Source: Caulobacteraceae bacterium
Lineage (GTDB): Bacteria; Pseudomonadota; Alphaproteobacteria; Caulobacterales; Caulobacteraceae
DNA: 64,000 nucleotides
Assembly: GCA_003164925.1 (NCBI GenBank)
Contig: PLRV01000025.1
Coordinates: 22,755 to 86,754, forward strand
Reading direction: 5' to 3'
Shown in pieces: positions 24,407 through 34,598 of this stretch. The stretch's first letter is position 1, and each line of letters opens with the position of its first letter. The notes under the pieces are model-generated. The model searched no databases. It saw only the letters and a list, made by a program, of their open reading frames with translations, and had not been told where the DNA came from. A program made the translations under genes and the position numbers.

Positions 24407-26611
24407 TCAGAAGCTTTTGGTGATTCCCGCGAACAAGCCACGCCGCGGTCCGTACTGCGGCGCGAACACGCCCACGCCCGAGCCGTCGCGGATTTGGTAG
24501 ACTTCGTCGAACAGGTTGATCACATCGAAACGCGCCTGCAGGGTCCCGGCGGGTCCCAGATCGAAGGTGTGCGACAAGGCCAGGTTTACCTGGACGTAAG
24601 CAGGCGTCGTTCCGCCGTTGGGGATGGCGGTGAGCACATTGCCGTCCGGGTAGGACACCGAGTTTGCCAGCGGCAGATCGTTGCGCAGGCCCGTGCCGAA
24701 GATCAGATCGCCGCCAAACCGGGTTCCCATCCAAAGATAGGAAGCGCCGGCTGAAATAGCGTAAGCCTCGTCATGGTCCAGATAGATGTAGTGGTTAGCC
24801 ACGTACTCGAGTTGGGCCGGATTGAAGCTGAACTGGCTGGAAATCCAGTCCTCGCCCTGCGCCACCGTGTGGGAGAAATTGGCGTAGGCGCTAAGCGGAC
24901 CCTGGTTGTAGGCCGCGGTCAACTCGAAGCCCCACTGCTTGCCGTTCTCATAGTTGAACGGCGTGAGGATGATGGGCGCGCCGAACTGGCCCTCGTCGAT
25001 CAGGTGCGTGGACAGCTTGTAGTAGCTGTCGATGCCGACCGTGAAATGCGGGCCGATCTTCTGCTGAGCGCCGACGTCGAAATAGTTGGCCCGCTCAGCA
25101 TAGGGAGTGGTGTCGGCCGTCACCGCCGGCGCGGCCGAAGAGGTGACCAGAGGATTGCCCGTCGGCGTCACGAACTTGGACACCGATTCTGAACCGATCA
25201 GCTCGAAGGGCGGCGGCGAGAAATAGCGGGCGTAGCCGGCGTGGATCGTCGTGGATGGCGTCGGCAGCCACACGGCGTTGACGCGCGGGCTGAGCTGGTT
25301 CTCGTCACGATAGCCGTCGAACTGGTCGAAGCGGGCGCCGTAATTGAGCGTCAGGTTGGACAGCAGCTTCCACTCGTCCTGCAGGTAGACGCTGTAGGTC
25401 TGGGCGGTGCTCGCGCCATTGTCGACGATGGTGAAGGGCTGATTGTTGTTGATCTCGCCCCCATAGTTGGCGTCAGCCGGATTGTTGTCGATCAGCATGA
25501 CCTGCGAGGTCGTGGCGCTGGTGGATCGGTCGATCTCCACGATCACGCCAGCACGTACCGTGTGCTGATCATTCAGGTGATAGGAGCCCTCGGCCTGCAC
25601 GCCCCCGGCCGTATCGGTCTTGCTCGCGACCTGGCTCACGCCGTTGTAGAGGATGTCGCCGACCACGTCGGGCGTGAAATTAAGCGTCGAATAGCGGCCG
25701 AACAGCGAAAGCTGTCCCGTCATCTTGTCGGTAGTCTTCAGGTAGCTGACCACCGCGTAGTCGGTGGCTTCATGCTGGTTCTCGTTGAGCTGACTGCTGG
25801 GGTAGTCGGTCTGGCCGTTGACGTTCAGGCCCAGGCCGCCGTTCAGCTGTCCCGTCACGTCCGGGATCTGGAATTTCTGGTCGGAGGCGCCCAAGATCAG
25901 CGAGACGCGGCTGGAGGTGTCGATGATGCGGTCCGCATAGGCGAAGCCGTTGAACTGCTCGGTGCGGTCATGCAGCGGATCCGAGCGCGTATCCGGCGCC
26001 TCGATGCCCAGACCATTCTGCTTATAGCTGCCTGAGACGAAGAAATTGGTGGTTCCGTCGCCGCCGCCGTACTCGAAGCTGGGCTCCACGTCCCCGTGAC
26101 TGCCGCCGTAGATCGACACCTCGCCGCCCGGCTGGGTCCCGCTCTTGGTCGTGATGTTGATGATGCCAGCGGTGCGCAGCCCGTATTCCGCCGGCAGGGC
26201 GCCGGTGATCAGTTCGACCGAACCGGCCAGGCGTGGGCTGATAGCCTGGCTGAAAACGCTGAGGCCTTCGGGCAGGATCACCCCGTCCAGGCGGAACTGC
26301 AGGCCGTTGTGCTCGCCGCGGATGTGGAGTTGGCCGTATGAATCCTGCACCGCGCCGGGCGCCTGCAGGATCACCTGATTCATCTGGCTGTTCTCCCCGC
26401 CCGGCAGGGCCTGCAGCGCCTGGGAATTCAGGGTGTAGGTCGATGCGCCCACCTGGGGCTGGATGGAGTCCCGCGCCTGGTCCAGCCGCTGGGCGGTAAC
26501 GACCACTTCCGAAGAGGAAGACGCGATCTGGGCCAGGGCGGCGCCGGGCGCGCCCAGCGCCAAAAAGCCAAGGGTTCCGGCGGCGGCGAACAAGGTGAGG
26601 CGCAGCGACAT
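24407..26611 (-). CDS. TonB-dependent outer-membrane receptor
   Basis: 734 aa with a signal peptide, a plug domain (VVVTAQR...), a beta-barrel and a C-terminal aromatic residue (GITKSF). Confidence 0.9.
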   Translation of the reverse strand: MSLRLTLFAAAGTLGFLALGAPGAALAQIASSSSEVVVTAQRLDQARDSIQPQVGASTYTLNSQALQALPGGENSQMNQVILQAPGAVQDSYGQLHIRGEHNGLQFRLDGVILPEGLSVFSQAISPRLAGSVELITGALPAEYGLRTAGIINITTKSGTQPGGEVSIYGGSHGDVEPSFEYGGGDGTTNFFVSGSYKQNGLGIEAPDTRSDPLHDRTEQFNGFAYADRIIDTSSRVSLILGASDQKFQIPDVTGQLNGGLGLNVNGQTDYPSSQLNENQHEATDYAVVSYLKTTDKMTGQLSLFGRYSTLNFTPDVVGDILYNGVSQVASKTDTAGGVQAEGSYHLNDQHTVRAGVIVEIDRSTSATTSQVMLIDNNPADANYGGEINNNQPFTIVDNGASTAQTYSVYLQDEWKLLSNLTLNYGARFDQFDGYRDENQLSPRVNAVWLPTPSTTIHAGYARYFSPPPFELIGSESVSKFVTPTGNPLVTSSAAPAVTADTTPYAERANYFDVGAQQKIGPHFTVGIDSYYKLSTHLIDEGQFGAPIILTPFNYENGKQWGFELTAAYNQGPLSAYANFSHTVAQGEDWISSQFSFNPAQLEYVANHYIYLDHDEAYAISAGASYLWMGTRFGGDLIFGTGLRNDLPLANSVSYPDGNVLTAIPNGGTTPAYVQVNLALSHTFDLGPAGTLQARFDVINLFDEVYQIRDGSGVGVFAPQYGPRRGLFAGITKSF

Positions 26612-26754
26612 ACATCCCCTCGAGTGTTACGCCGTAACGGCTATAGCCGTGCTGTTACGGTATAACATTACGGCTCGTCAAGCCTGTCGATGATGTTTGC
26701 CGCCCAATTTCAGCGCGCCGAAAAATCTGGAAATCTTCCCGGCCTTGGCGGCGA

Positions 26755-27615
<861 letters not shown>

Positions 27616-27624
27616 GTGTTTTCC

Positions 27625-28638
27625 TCAGAGCGGCGGAATCGCCGGCTCCTGTTGGGTGATGCAGTGGAAGGAGCCGCCGCCCGTCAATATAGCCCGGGAC
27701 GGCAGGCCGATCACCTCGCGCTCGGGAAACAGGCCGGCCAGAGCATCCAGGGCGAAGCCGCCGGCGCGCTCCTCGTAGATGGGCGCGATCACCGCGCTGT
27801 TGGCGATGATGAAATTCATGTGGGACGCGGGCGACGGCTCGCCCTTGCCCGCATCGATGAAGCCGGGCGAGGCCACCCGCATGACCTGCAACGGCGCGCC
27901 GCGCGCGTCGGTCATGGACGCCAGAAGAGCGGCGGTCTCGTCATAGAGGGCGCCATTGGGGTCATCGCGGCCGAAAGACACGGGACAGGCCACCACGCCA
28001 GGCGCCACGAACCGCGCCAGATTGTCGACATGGCCATCGGTGTGGTCGTTGAGCAGGCCGTCGCCCAGCCACAGGACCTTTTTCGCGCCGAGGGCCGACT
28101 TCAGGGCCGCTTCGGCCACGGCCACGTCCCAGCCGGGGTTGCGGTTGGCGTTGAGCAGACACTGGCGCGTGGTCAACACCGTGCCGAAACCGTCATGGTC
28201 CAGGGCGCCGCCCTCGAGCACCATTTCGTGCCCGGTCAAGGGCGCGCCGGACGCGGCCGCCAACTGCTCGGCTACGCCGTCGTCGCCCTCCAGCACATAT
28301 TTTCCGCCCCAGCCGTTGAAGCGGAAGGCGGCGGCGGCCACGCCGTTCTGGTTGAGGGTGAAGATGGGTCCGGTATCGCGCAGCCAGATATCGCCGAACA
28401 GGCCGCGTACGATCTCCACGCGGGCGCCGGCCAAGAGGGCCCGAGCGGCGGCCTCAGCCTCGTCGCCCTGCACCAGCAGGCGGACCCGCTCGCCGCCCGG
28501 CCCGGCCAAGGCGCGCGCCAGGGCGGCGACCTCGGCCTGCGCCGGCGCGAGGTCATCCTCCCACAGTTCCTCATGGCTGGGAAAACCCAGCCACATGGCG
28601 GCGTGCGGCGCCCATTCGCCGGGAACGGTCAGTGGCAT
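27625..28638 (-). CDS. aguA: Agmatine deiminase
   Basis: PAD_porph-type sequence (MPLTVPGEWAPHAAMWLGFP...GHVDNLARFV...GGGSFHCITQQ) with a C-terminal catalytic Cys. Confidence 0.85.
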   Translation of the reverse strand: MPLTVPGEWAPHAAMWLGFPSHEELWEDDLAPAQAEVAALARALAGPGGERVRLLVQGDEAEAAARALLAGARVEIVRGLFGDIWLRDTGPIFTLNQNGVAAAAFRFNGWGGKYVLEGDDGVAEQLAAASGAPLTGHEMVLEGGALDHDGFGTVLTTRQCLLNANRNPGWDVAVAEAALKSALGAKKVLWLGDGLLNDHTDGHVDNLARFVAPGVVACPVSFGRDDPNGALYDETAALLASMTDARGAPLQVMRVASPGFIDAGKGEPSPASHMNFIIANSAVIAPIYEERAGGFALDALAGLFPEREVIGLPSRAILTGGGSFHCITQQEPAIPPL

Positions 28639-28833
28639 GGGTGCAGCAGTCCGATCATATGCGCCTCATAGAGCCAGACCCGCTCAGCTGGAAAGCCCCG
28701 CATGTCCAAGTCCACACAAAAGAACAAGGCGCGCCAAAAGAACAAGGGCGGCCTTTGCAGGTCGCCCTTGGTAATTTTGCGCCGGTGAGCCTTCGAAAGT
28801 CGCCCGGATCACGCCTGCTCCATACGGAGGCGC

Positions 28834-28862
28834 AAAAAAAGAGCCCGGCCGAAGCCGGGCTC
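28834..28862 (-). terminator. Rho-independent terminator of the OmpA-family gene
   Basis: A 9-bp GC stem GAGCCCGGC/GCCGGGCTC with a CGAA loop. On the minus strand it is followed by a T7 tract (A7 at 28834-28840 on the plus strand). It lies 27 nt after the stop codon. Confidence 0.8.
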
Positions 28863-28888
28863 TCCAGAATTGAACCGAAACGACGCGC

Positions 28889-30001
28889 TTAGAAGTTGAC
28901 GTCGATCGTCGCGCGGCGGTTCAGGGGCTCCTTGACGCCATCCGGGGTCGGGACAGCCAGATCAGACTTGCCCTTCCAGTCGACAGTCAAGGCGGTCTGG
29001 GCGACGCCCAAGCCGGTCAGGGCGTCAGCCACGGCCTTGGCGCGGCGTTCAGACAGACGCAGGTTGTACTTCACCGAGCCGGAGGTGTCGGTGTAGCCCA
29101 CGATGGCCACCTTGGTCGCGTGACCGGTCAAGGCGTAGCTCGCGGCCGATTGCACCACCGTCTGGGCTTCCGGCGTCAGCACATACTGATCGAACGGGAA
29201 GTAGACGATGAATTCCTTAGCCTGAGGCGCCGGAGGCGGCGGAGGCGGGGGAGGCGGGGGCGGCGGGGGCGGAGGCGGGGGAGGCGGCGGAGGCGGCGGC
29301 GGAGGAGGCGGAGGGGGCGGCGGGGGCGGCGGCGCGGCGAAGGAATAACGCCAGCCGAGCGTCACAGACGGCTCATGAATTTCGCCGTGACTGAAGGTGC
29401 CGCCGCCGTAGGTGAAGCCGTTCGTCGTCTCGTACCGGACGGTGAGGTCGATATCGTTCTGCGGCGAAATGTTATAGGTCAGGCCGGCCAGGGCCTGCCA
29501 AGCGGCGACATCCACGGACCGGTCGTCCGTGGTGAACGCGCCTTGGCCCGGGATGTTGACGTAAGCACGCGCGCTGACGGTTTGCACGCCGGCGCCCAGG
29601 CCGACGAAGGGCGTGATCGCAGGGGCCACCGAAATCCGGTCGAAGTCATAGAGGACATTGACCATGCCGGTAATGCCCGAGACATTCCCGCCGACGCCGA
29701 TCGCACCCGGGGACGGAACCACTTGGATCGCGTGAATCGGACTGTTGGAATAGCCAGCTTCGCCTTCAACGCGCCAGTGACTATCGAACTTATAGCCCAG
29801 GCGCACATCGCCGGTGCCATTGCCGTCGACCTTGGTGCGCACGGCGAGATCGCCGTTGGCGGGGGTCGTCGCAGTATCGATATTATAAGGCCAGTTATAG
29901 CCCAGGTCGACGGCGCCATACCACCCATCGGTGGCCGCTGACGCTCCGGTGGCCGCGAAAACAGCCGCCAGGGCCGCTCCGGCAAGAAGCATAGATTTCA
30001 T
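28889..30001 (-). CDS. OmpA-family outer-membrane protein (beta-barrel + poly-Pro linker + OmpA_C peptidoglycan-binding domain)
   Basis: Signal peptide MKSMLLAGAALAAVFAATGASA, an alternating-pattern barrel, a 34-Pro run, then an OmpA-like domain (GYTDTSGSVKYNLRLSERRAKAV). Confidence 0.85.
   Translation of the reverse strand: MKSMLLAGAALAAVFAATGASAATDGWYGAVDLGYNWPYNIDTATTPANGDLAVRTKVDGNGTGDVRLGYKFDSHWRVEGEAGYSNSPIHAIQVVPSPGAIGVGGNVSGITGMVNVLYDFDRISVAPAITPFVGLGAGVQTVSARAYVNIPGQGAFTTDDRSVDVAAWQALAGLTYNISPQNDIDLTVRYETTNGFTYGGGTFSHGEIHEPSVTLGWRYSFAAPPPPPPPPPPPPPPPPPPPPPPPPPPPPPPPPPPAPQAKEFIVYFPFDQYVLTPEAQTVVQSAASYALTGHATKVAIVGYTDTSGSVKYNLRLSERRAKAVADALTGLGVAQTALTVDWKGKSDLAVPTPDGVKEPLNRRATIDVNF
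29231..29332 (-). repeat. 34 consecutive proline codons, (CCN)34, as an imperfect (SGG)n on the plus strand
   Basis: Counted codon by codon in the OmpA frame. The plus strand carries four G5 runs with loops of 4, 4 and 7 nt (29247-29281), plus two more G5 runs (29313-29317, 29322-29326). Confidence 0.9.
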
Positions 30002-30405
30002 GTTCTAGAACCCTCTTTCATGTTCTCTGCTTTCGGCCACGGACGGCCGCCGCGAGTTATATCAAAACAAGTTTAGGTTGGGCGTGACAACAAGGCCACA
30101 CTTAGTTTGCAAATTTGTCTCCCCCCAGGCTCGACAAGCTCTATCACCGCTTATCCATAAACGCGTCCTCCTATCAATGCCTGGGCGCCGGCTGCCGCCT
30201 TTGCGTGTCAGCCAGCGGCCAAATGCACCGTGCGGGCCTACACAAAACCTTAAGGACACCCACAAACGCGCCCGCGCCGTCATGGTTGCAACAACAATTT
30301 CCATTACGAAGCCCGTCTCTTGGCTTCCTCTGCATCCGCCCGATCCAGAGGAAGGCGACTGAGAAATGCGCCGCCGAGCGTCAGGTTCCAAAAAACTTAG
30401 CCGTA

Positions 30406-31293
30406 GTGCGATTTTCTCTGACCCGTATCGACCGTCGCGGCGCGGACGGCTGGCGCATCCGTTACGTCAAGGACGGGAAGCGCCACACCGTGACGGTCAC
30501 AGGCACGCAAGACGATGCTATAGCGCAGCGCGATCTAATCAGAGCTGACATAGCCCGAAATTCCTGGACCGCCCCGGCCACCACAACGTTCGGCGAATGG
30601 GCACAGACCTGGGTGGCTCAATATCTGATGCGCGCGGTGTCGGCGCGGTCTTATGATCGCCAGAAGGGGATTGTCGACCGTCACCTAGCGCCGCTCACTA
30701 AAGTCCCCCTGCAGAAGCTCGGTCCGGTTCGCATAAACGAGCTATATCGCCAGCTCGAAGCTACCGGCCTTCACCCGTCCACTGTCCATTACGTACACGT
30801 CGTGCTCGGTTCTTGCCTCAAGGCGGCCGTCAAGATTGGCGCCCTAGCCCGCAACCCGGCCAGGGACGCCTCACCTCCCAAAGTCAGTACACAGAGCGGC
30901 GGGCGGTCGCTGACGCAGTCCGAGCTTGGCAGACTGTTGGCCGCGTTCGGCGGCGATCCGCTGTTCTTCGTCGTGGCCCTGGCCGTAGGCACCGGCGCAC
31001 GCATCAACGAGCTGTTGGCGCTGGAGTGGAGCGCGGTCGATTGGGACCTAAAGACCATGCGGATCGACGCCGCGCTGAAGCCCACGGCTGGCCTGCGCTT
31101 CCACGACCTGCGGCACACCCACGCAACCCTCCTCCTTCAGGCAGGAGTGCCCGTAGCCGCCGTCAGCGCCCGCCTAGGACACGCCAACGCCGCCGTAACA
31201 CTCGGCATTTACAGCCACGCCACCACAGACGCGGAGGCGGCAGCGGCTCAAGTGGCCGGTTCTCTCTTGTCTAGTGCACTGAAGGGCGGCTAG
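30406..31293 (+). pseudogene. Tyrosine recombinase / phage-type integrase with an in-frame internal deletion (likely inactive remnant)
   Basis: The N-terminal SAM-like/core-binding part and the catalytic motifs TGARINELLAL (Arg I), HDLRHTHAT (HxxR), LGHANAAVT and IYSH (Tyr) are present. Only about 35 aa separate Arg I from HxxR, where typical integrases have about 100 or more. The Lys-containing beta-hairpin region is therefore missing. GTG 30406 is my guess for the start. Confidence 0.6.
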
Positions 31294-31410
31294 AACCGCG
31301 CCTTCAAACCGGCCCGTTGGGCGTAAATGGTCCAAGATTGGTCCAAGACCCGGTTTGTTCGCTGGATTGCCCTCTCCCATCTTCGGAAAAGGTGAGGAAA
31401 TTCAGCGCTC

Positions 31411-31500
<90 letters not shown>

Positions 31501-31517
31501 ATATGCTTCGCGCGCCG

Positions 31518-32744
31518 TCAGGCCCGCGCCGTCAGGAACGTCTTCAAGGAGACCTGCTCATCCGCCGCCTGTTCGGGCGTGATCGGCAGACCCGCCTGTA
31601 GCATGCGGCGCGCGGCCATGTGGTCCGCCGGGCGGTTGACCGACTCACAGGCCAACAGGCGCTCGCCCTTGAAGCAGAACACCGAGAAGGCGCCGGACGC
31701 CGGATCGCCGCGCAGCACCGCGCTATCGTGGCCGGCGGCGAGGCCGGCCATCTGCAGCTTCAGGTCGCCCTGGTCGCTCCAAAACCACGGAACCGCGTCG
31801 TAGAGCTTGGGCTTGCCCGTCAAGCTGGCGGCCAGGGCGCGGGCCTGGTCAACCGCGTTCTGCACCGCTTCCAGGCGCACCGGCCCGGTAACGCTGAAGC
31901 GGTTGGGATGCAGGGCCACATCGCCCAGGGCCGAAATCGCCGGATCGGAACTCGTGAGCCGTTCGTCGACCACGATCCCGTTGCCTGTGGCCAGCCCCGC
32001 CGCCTCAGCCAACTCGATATTGGGCAGCACCCCGATGCCGACCACCAACAGGTCGGCCGGAACGACCTCGCCGTCGTCCAGCTCCACCGCCTCCACCGCG
32101 CCGACGCCGCGCACGTCCAGCACGCTCCGGTGGAAGTGGAAATGCGAGCCCCAGGCGCGGTGCCGCTCTTCGAAGAAATACGACATCGGCAAAGACAAGG
32201 CGCGCGCAAGCGCTCGCTCGGCGAGTTCGACCACCGTCACTTCAATGCCCTGGGCGCGCGCCACGGCGGCGAACTCCAGGCCGATGAAGCCGGCGCCCGC
32301 CACCACTGCGCGGCGCACATGACCCATGCGCGCCATCAGCGCCTTGGCGTCGGCTAGGGTGCGCAGGGACGCCACGCCGTCCAGCTCCGCCCCCGGAGCG
32401 GGCAGTGGACGCTGGCGCGCGCCCGTCGCCAGGACCAGATGGTCATAGGCCAAGGCGTCGCCATCAGACAGTTGCAGGCGTTGCGAGCTCCGCTCAATGG
32501 CTTGCGCCCGCACGCCGGCCCTCAGGTCGATGCGCAGGTCGGCGTACAGCGACGGAGCGCGCAGAAGGATGCCTTCGTCGTCCATCTTGCCCAGCAGATA
32601 GGCCTTGGACAGAGGCGGACGCTGGTAGGGCCAGCCAGGCTCTTCGCCGACCACGACGATCTGCCCCGCAAACCCCTCGTCCCGCAGGGATATCGCGCAC
32701 TGGACGCCGGCCTGGCCCGCGCCGACGATGACGATCCGCTCCAT
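31518..32744 (-). CDS. FAD-dependent NAD(P)H:ferredoxin/rubredoxin reductase (putidaredoxin-reductase-like)
   Basis: Two Rossmann motifs, IVIVGAGQAGVQ and AVVAGAGFIGLEFA, and a C-terminal reductase domain. Confidence 0.85.
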   Translation of the reverse strand: MERIVIVGAGQAGVQCAISLRDEGFAGQIVVVGEEPGWPYQRPPLSKAYLLGKMDDEGILLRAPSLYADLRIDLRAGVRAQAIERSSQRLQLSDGDALAYDHLVLATGARQRPLPAPGAELDGVASLRTLADAKALMARMGHVRRAVVAGAGFIGLEFAAVARAQGIEVTVVELAERALARALSLPMSYFFEERHRAWGSHFHFHRSVLDVRGVGAVEAVELDDGEVVPADLLVVGIGVLPNIELAEAAGLATGNGIVVDERLTSSDPAISALGDVALHPNRFSVTGPVRLEAVQNAVDQARALAASLTGKPKLYDAVPWFWSDQGDLKLQMAGLAAGHDSAVLRGDPASGAFSVFCFKGERLLACESVNRPADHMAARRMLQAGLPITPEQAADEQVSLKTFLTARA

Positions 32745-32974
32745 GCGCGCCTACCGGCCTAGATATCGCGCGGCCGGCGCGCTCGATGACGTGGCGATGC
32801 CCATGGCTTTGTTCTCCGGGGGCTCGCCCCTCAATGACGGAGCAGCGTTCGCGCCTCTCCCGCACGTTTGGGTGCATAGGCCAGCCTCCTGTGCATACGC
32901 AATGGCGAAAAACGCCGCGCACGCTTAGGGCGAAGGCTTGGATCGGGTCATCGCGGCGCCGTGCGCGATCCCCT

Positions 32975-33844
32975 TCAGCCCACACCGTGCGCCTTGAACC
33001 AGGCCAGCATCTTGGCCCAGGCGTCCTTGGCGTCGGGACCGTTGTAGCTGGGGCGGTAGTCGGCGTTGAAGCCGTGCCCGGCGTCCTCGTAGACGACGAT
33101 CTTGCTTTCATCGTCGCCCGCCGCCCGCAGCGCCGCCGTCATGGCGTCGCGCTGTTCCGGGGGGATGCCTTTGTCTTGGCCGCCGTAGAAGCCAATCATC
33201 CGGCCCTTGACCGCCGCGGCGTTCGGAATCGGCGTCTTGGCGCCGCCCAGGGGGCCGTACCAAGCCGCCGCCGCCTTTACCCCCGGTGTCGCCTCCACAT
33301 ACAGCCAGCTTTGGCGTCCACCCCAGCAGAAGCCGGTCACCGCCAGCTTTTTGATGTTGGCCCCATCGCTTGCGGCAAAGCGCGCCGCGGCGTCCAGATC
33401 GAGCCTGGCCCCGTCGTCGGAAACCTGGGCCGCGAGTTTCATCAGGGAGGGCGGGTCCGCGGCCTTGGTCGCGTCGCCGTAACGGGCGTAGAGATCAGGC
33501 GCGATGGCGTAGTAGCCGGCCTTGGCCAGACGGCGACAGATGTCCTTGATATGCTCGTGCACGCCGAAAATCTCGTGGATCACCAACACCGTCGGCGCGC
33601 CCTTTTTGCCGGCCGGATAGGCGCGGTAGGCGGGGATGGCGCCGTCGGCTGTGGGAACCTTCACTTCGCCTGCGGTCAGGCCGTCGGCGTCGGTGGTGAT
33701 CACGGTCTGGGCGCAGACGGGCTGGGCGGCCAGGGCGAAGCCTACGCCGAGACTAGTCATGGCGAAGCCGCGGCGGCTGAACCGGCGCTCGGGGTTGAGG
33801 CTGTCCACCTGAGACTGCGCTAAATCCGCATCCATGTCCGTCAT
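32975..33844 (-). CDS. Dienelactone hydrolase family protein, Tat-exported
   Basis: Twin-arginine signal RRFSRRGFAMTSLGVGFALAAQPVCAQ, a DLH nucleophile region (GFCWGG), and a C-terminal HGF. ATG 33844 with a GGAG SD. Confidence 0.85.
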   Translation of the reverse strand: MTDMDADLAQSQVDSLNPERRFSRRGFAMTSLGVGFALAAQPVCAQTVITTDADGLTAGEVKVPTADGAIPAYRAYPAGKKGAPTVLVIHEIFGVHEHIKDICRRLAKAGYYAIAPDLYARYGDATKAADPPSLMKLAAQVSDDGARLDLDAAARFAASDGANIKKLAVTGFCWGGRQSWLYVEATPGVKAAAAWYGPLGGAKTPIPNAAAVKGRMIGFYGGQDKGIPPEQRDAMTAALRAAGDDESKIVVYEDAGHGFNADYRPSYNGPDAKDAWAKMLAWFKAHGVG

Positions 33845-33904
33845 CGACCGATCTCCCACTTGTCCTTGTTTAGGTCTGAAGCCTAAACCGAGTGCGACAG
33901 TTTG

Positions 33905-34489
33905 TCAGGGTGCAGGCTCGAACAGATCCGGACGGCGATGGCGAAGGGCGTAGGCCAGGACCAAGGTCTTCATGTCACAGATTTCGCCGTCCAAGATTCG
34001 GCGCCAAAACTCGGCCAGCGCCATTTCAATCACCTCGATCTCTTCGTGCTCCTCGGCCAGACCTCCGCCTTCGGCCACGCGGTCCGCCGCGCTGATCGGC
34101 GCCAGGAACAGGTCGATCTGCTCGGTGCTGACCGCTGGCGAGGCCCACACGCCCTGCGCCACGGGCTCAAGCTTCCCCAGCTTCAGACCCGCTTCCTCCA
34201 TGGCCTCGCGCCGGGCGCAGGCCTCGCCCGTCTCCGGCCCGTCTATCAGTCCCGCCGGCGCCTCGATGAGATAGGGCGACTGCCCGCTGAACAGGGGGCC
34301 GGTCCGCCACAGGCGCACCAGAACAGCCGTGCGCCGCTCGGCATCGTAAGGCAGCACGCAGGCCGCGACGCCGTGATCGTCCAACTGACGCTCAACCACC
34401 GCGCCTTTGGGCGTGGCCACATTCATCAGTAGATAGCGGCCCCAGCCCTGGTAAATGACGGTCTGTTGCAGAATCTGGGGGGTCGTCAT
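33905..34489 (-). CDS. NUDIX hydrolase (ADP-ribose pyrophosphatase-like)
   Basis: Nudix box GLIDGPETGEACARREAMEEAGL. Confidence 0.85.
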   Translation of the reverse strand: MTTPQILQQTVIYQGWGRYLLMNVATPKGAVVERQLDDHGVAACVLPYDAERRTAVLVRLWRTGPLFSGQSPYLIEAPAGLIDGPETGEACARREAMEEAGLKLGKLEPVAQGVWASPAVSTEQIDLFLAPISAADRVAEGGGLAEEHEEIEVIEMALAEFWRRILDGEICDMKTLVLAYALRHRRPDLFEPAP

Positions 34490-34598
34490 GGCGCGCTCCG
34501 GTCGGCGCCTTTCCTGATGGCAGACGGCGAGAACCGCAAGCGTTGGCTCAACCTTTTGCCGAGATGCGCGCTATTGTTCAGCTGGAGGCAGAGGAGCC

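Noticed and set aside
27616-28671. 351-aa plus-strand ORF, and the 272-aa ORF at 27956-28774
   Set aside because: They are antisense or out of frame relative to the agmatine deiminase gene, with a shadow-ORF composition.
29120-29941. 273-aa plus-strand ORF with a poly-Arg/Gly tract (RRRRGRRGRRG...)
   Set aside because: It is the reverse-complement reading of the OmpA poly-Pro tract. The OmpA frame has a signal peptide, barrel and OmpA_C domain, so the plus-strand ORF is an artefact.
30115-30405. N-terminal 97-aa extension of the integrase ORF in the track
   Set aside because: The extension (from a non-ATG start) has no similarity to integrase N-termini and runs through the ompA promoter region. 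The recognisable integrase sequence begins near GTG 30406.
32786-33823. 345-aa plus-strand ORF
   Set aside because: It is antisense to the Tat-exported dienelactone hydrolase gene.
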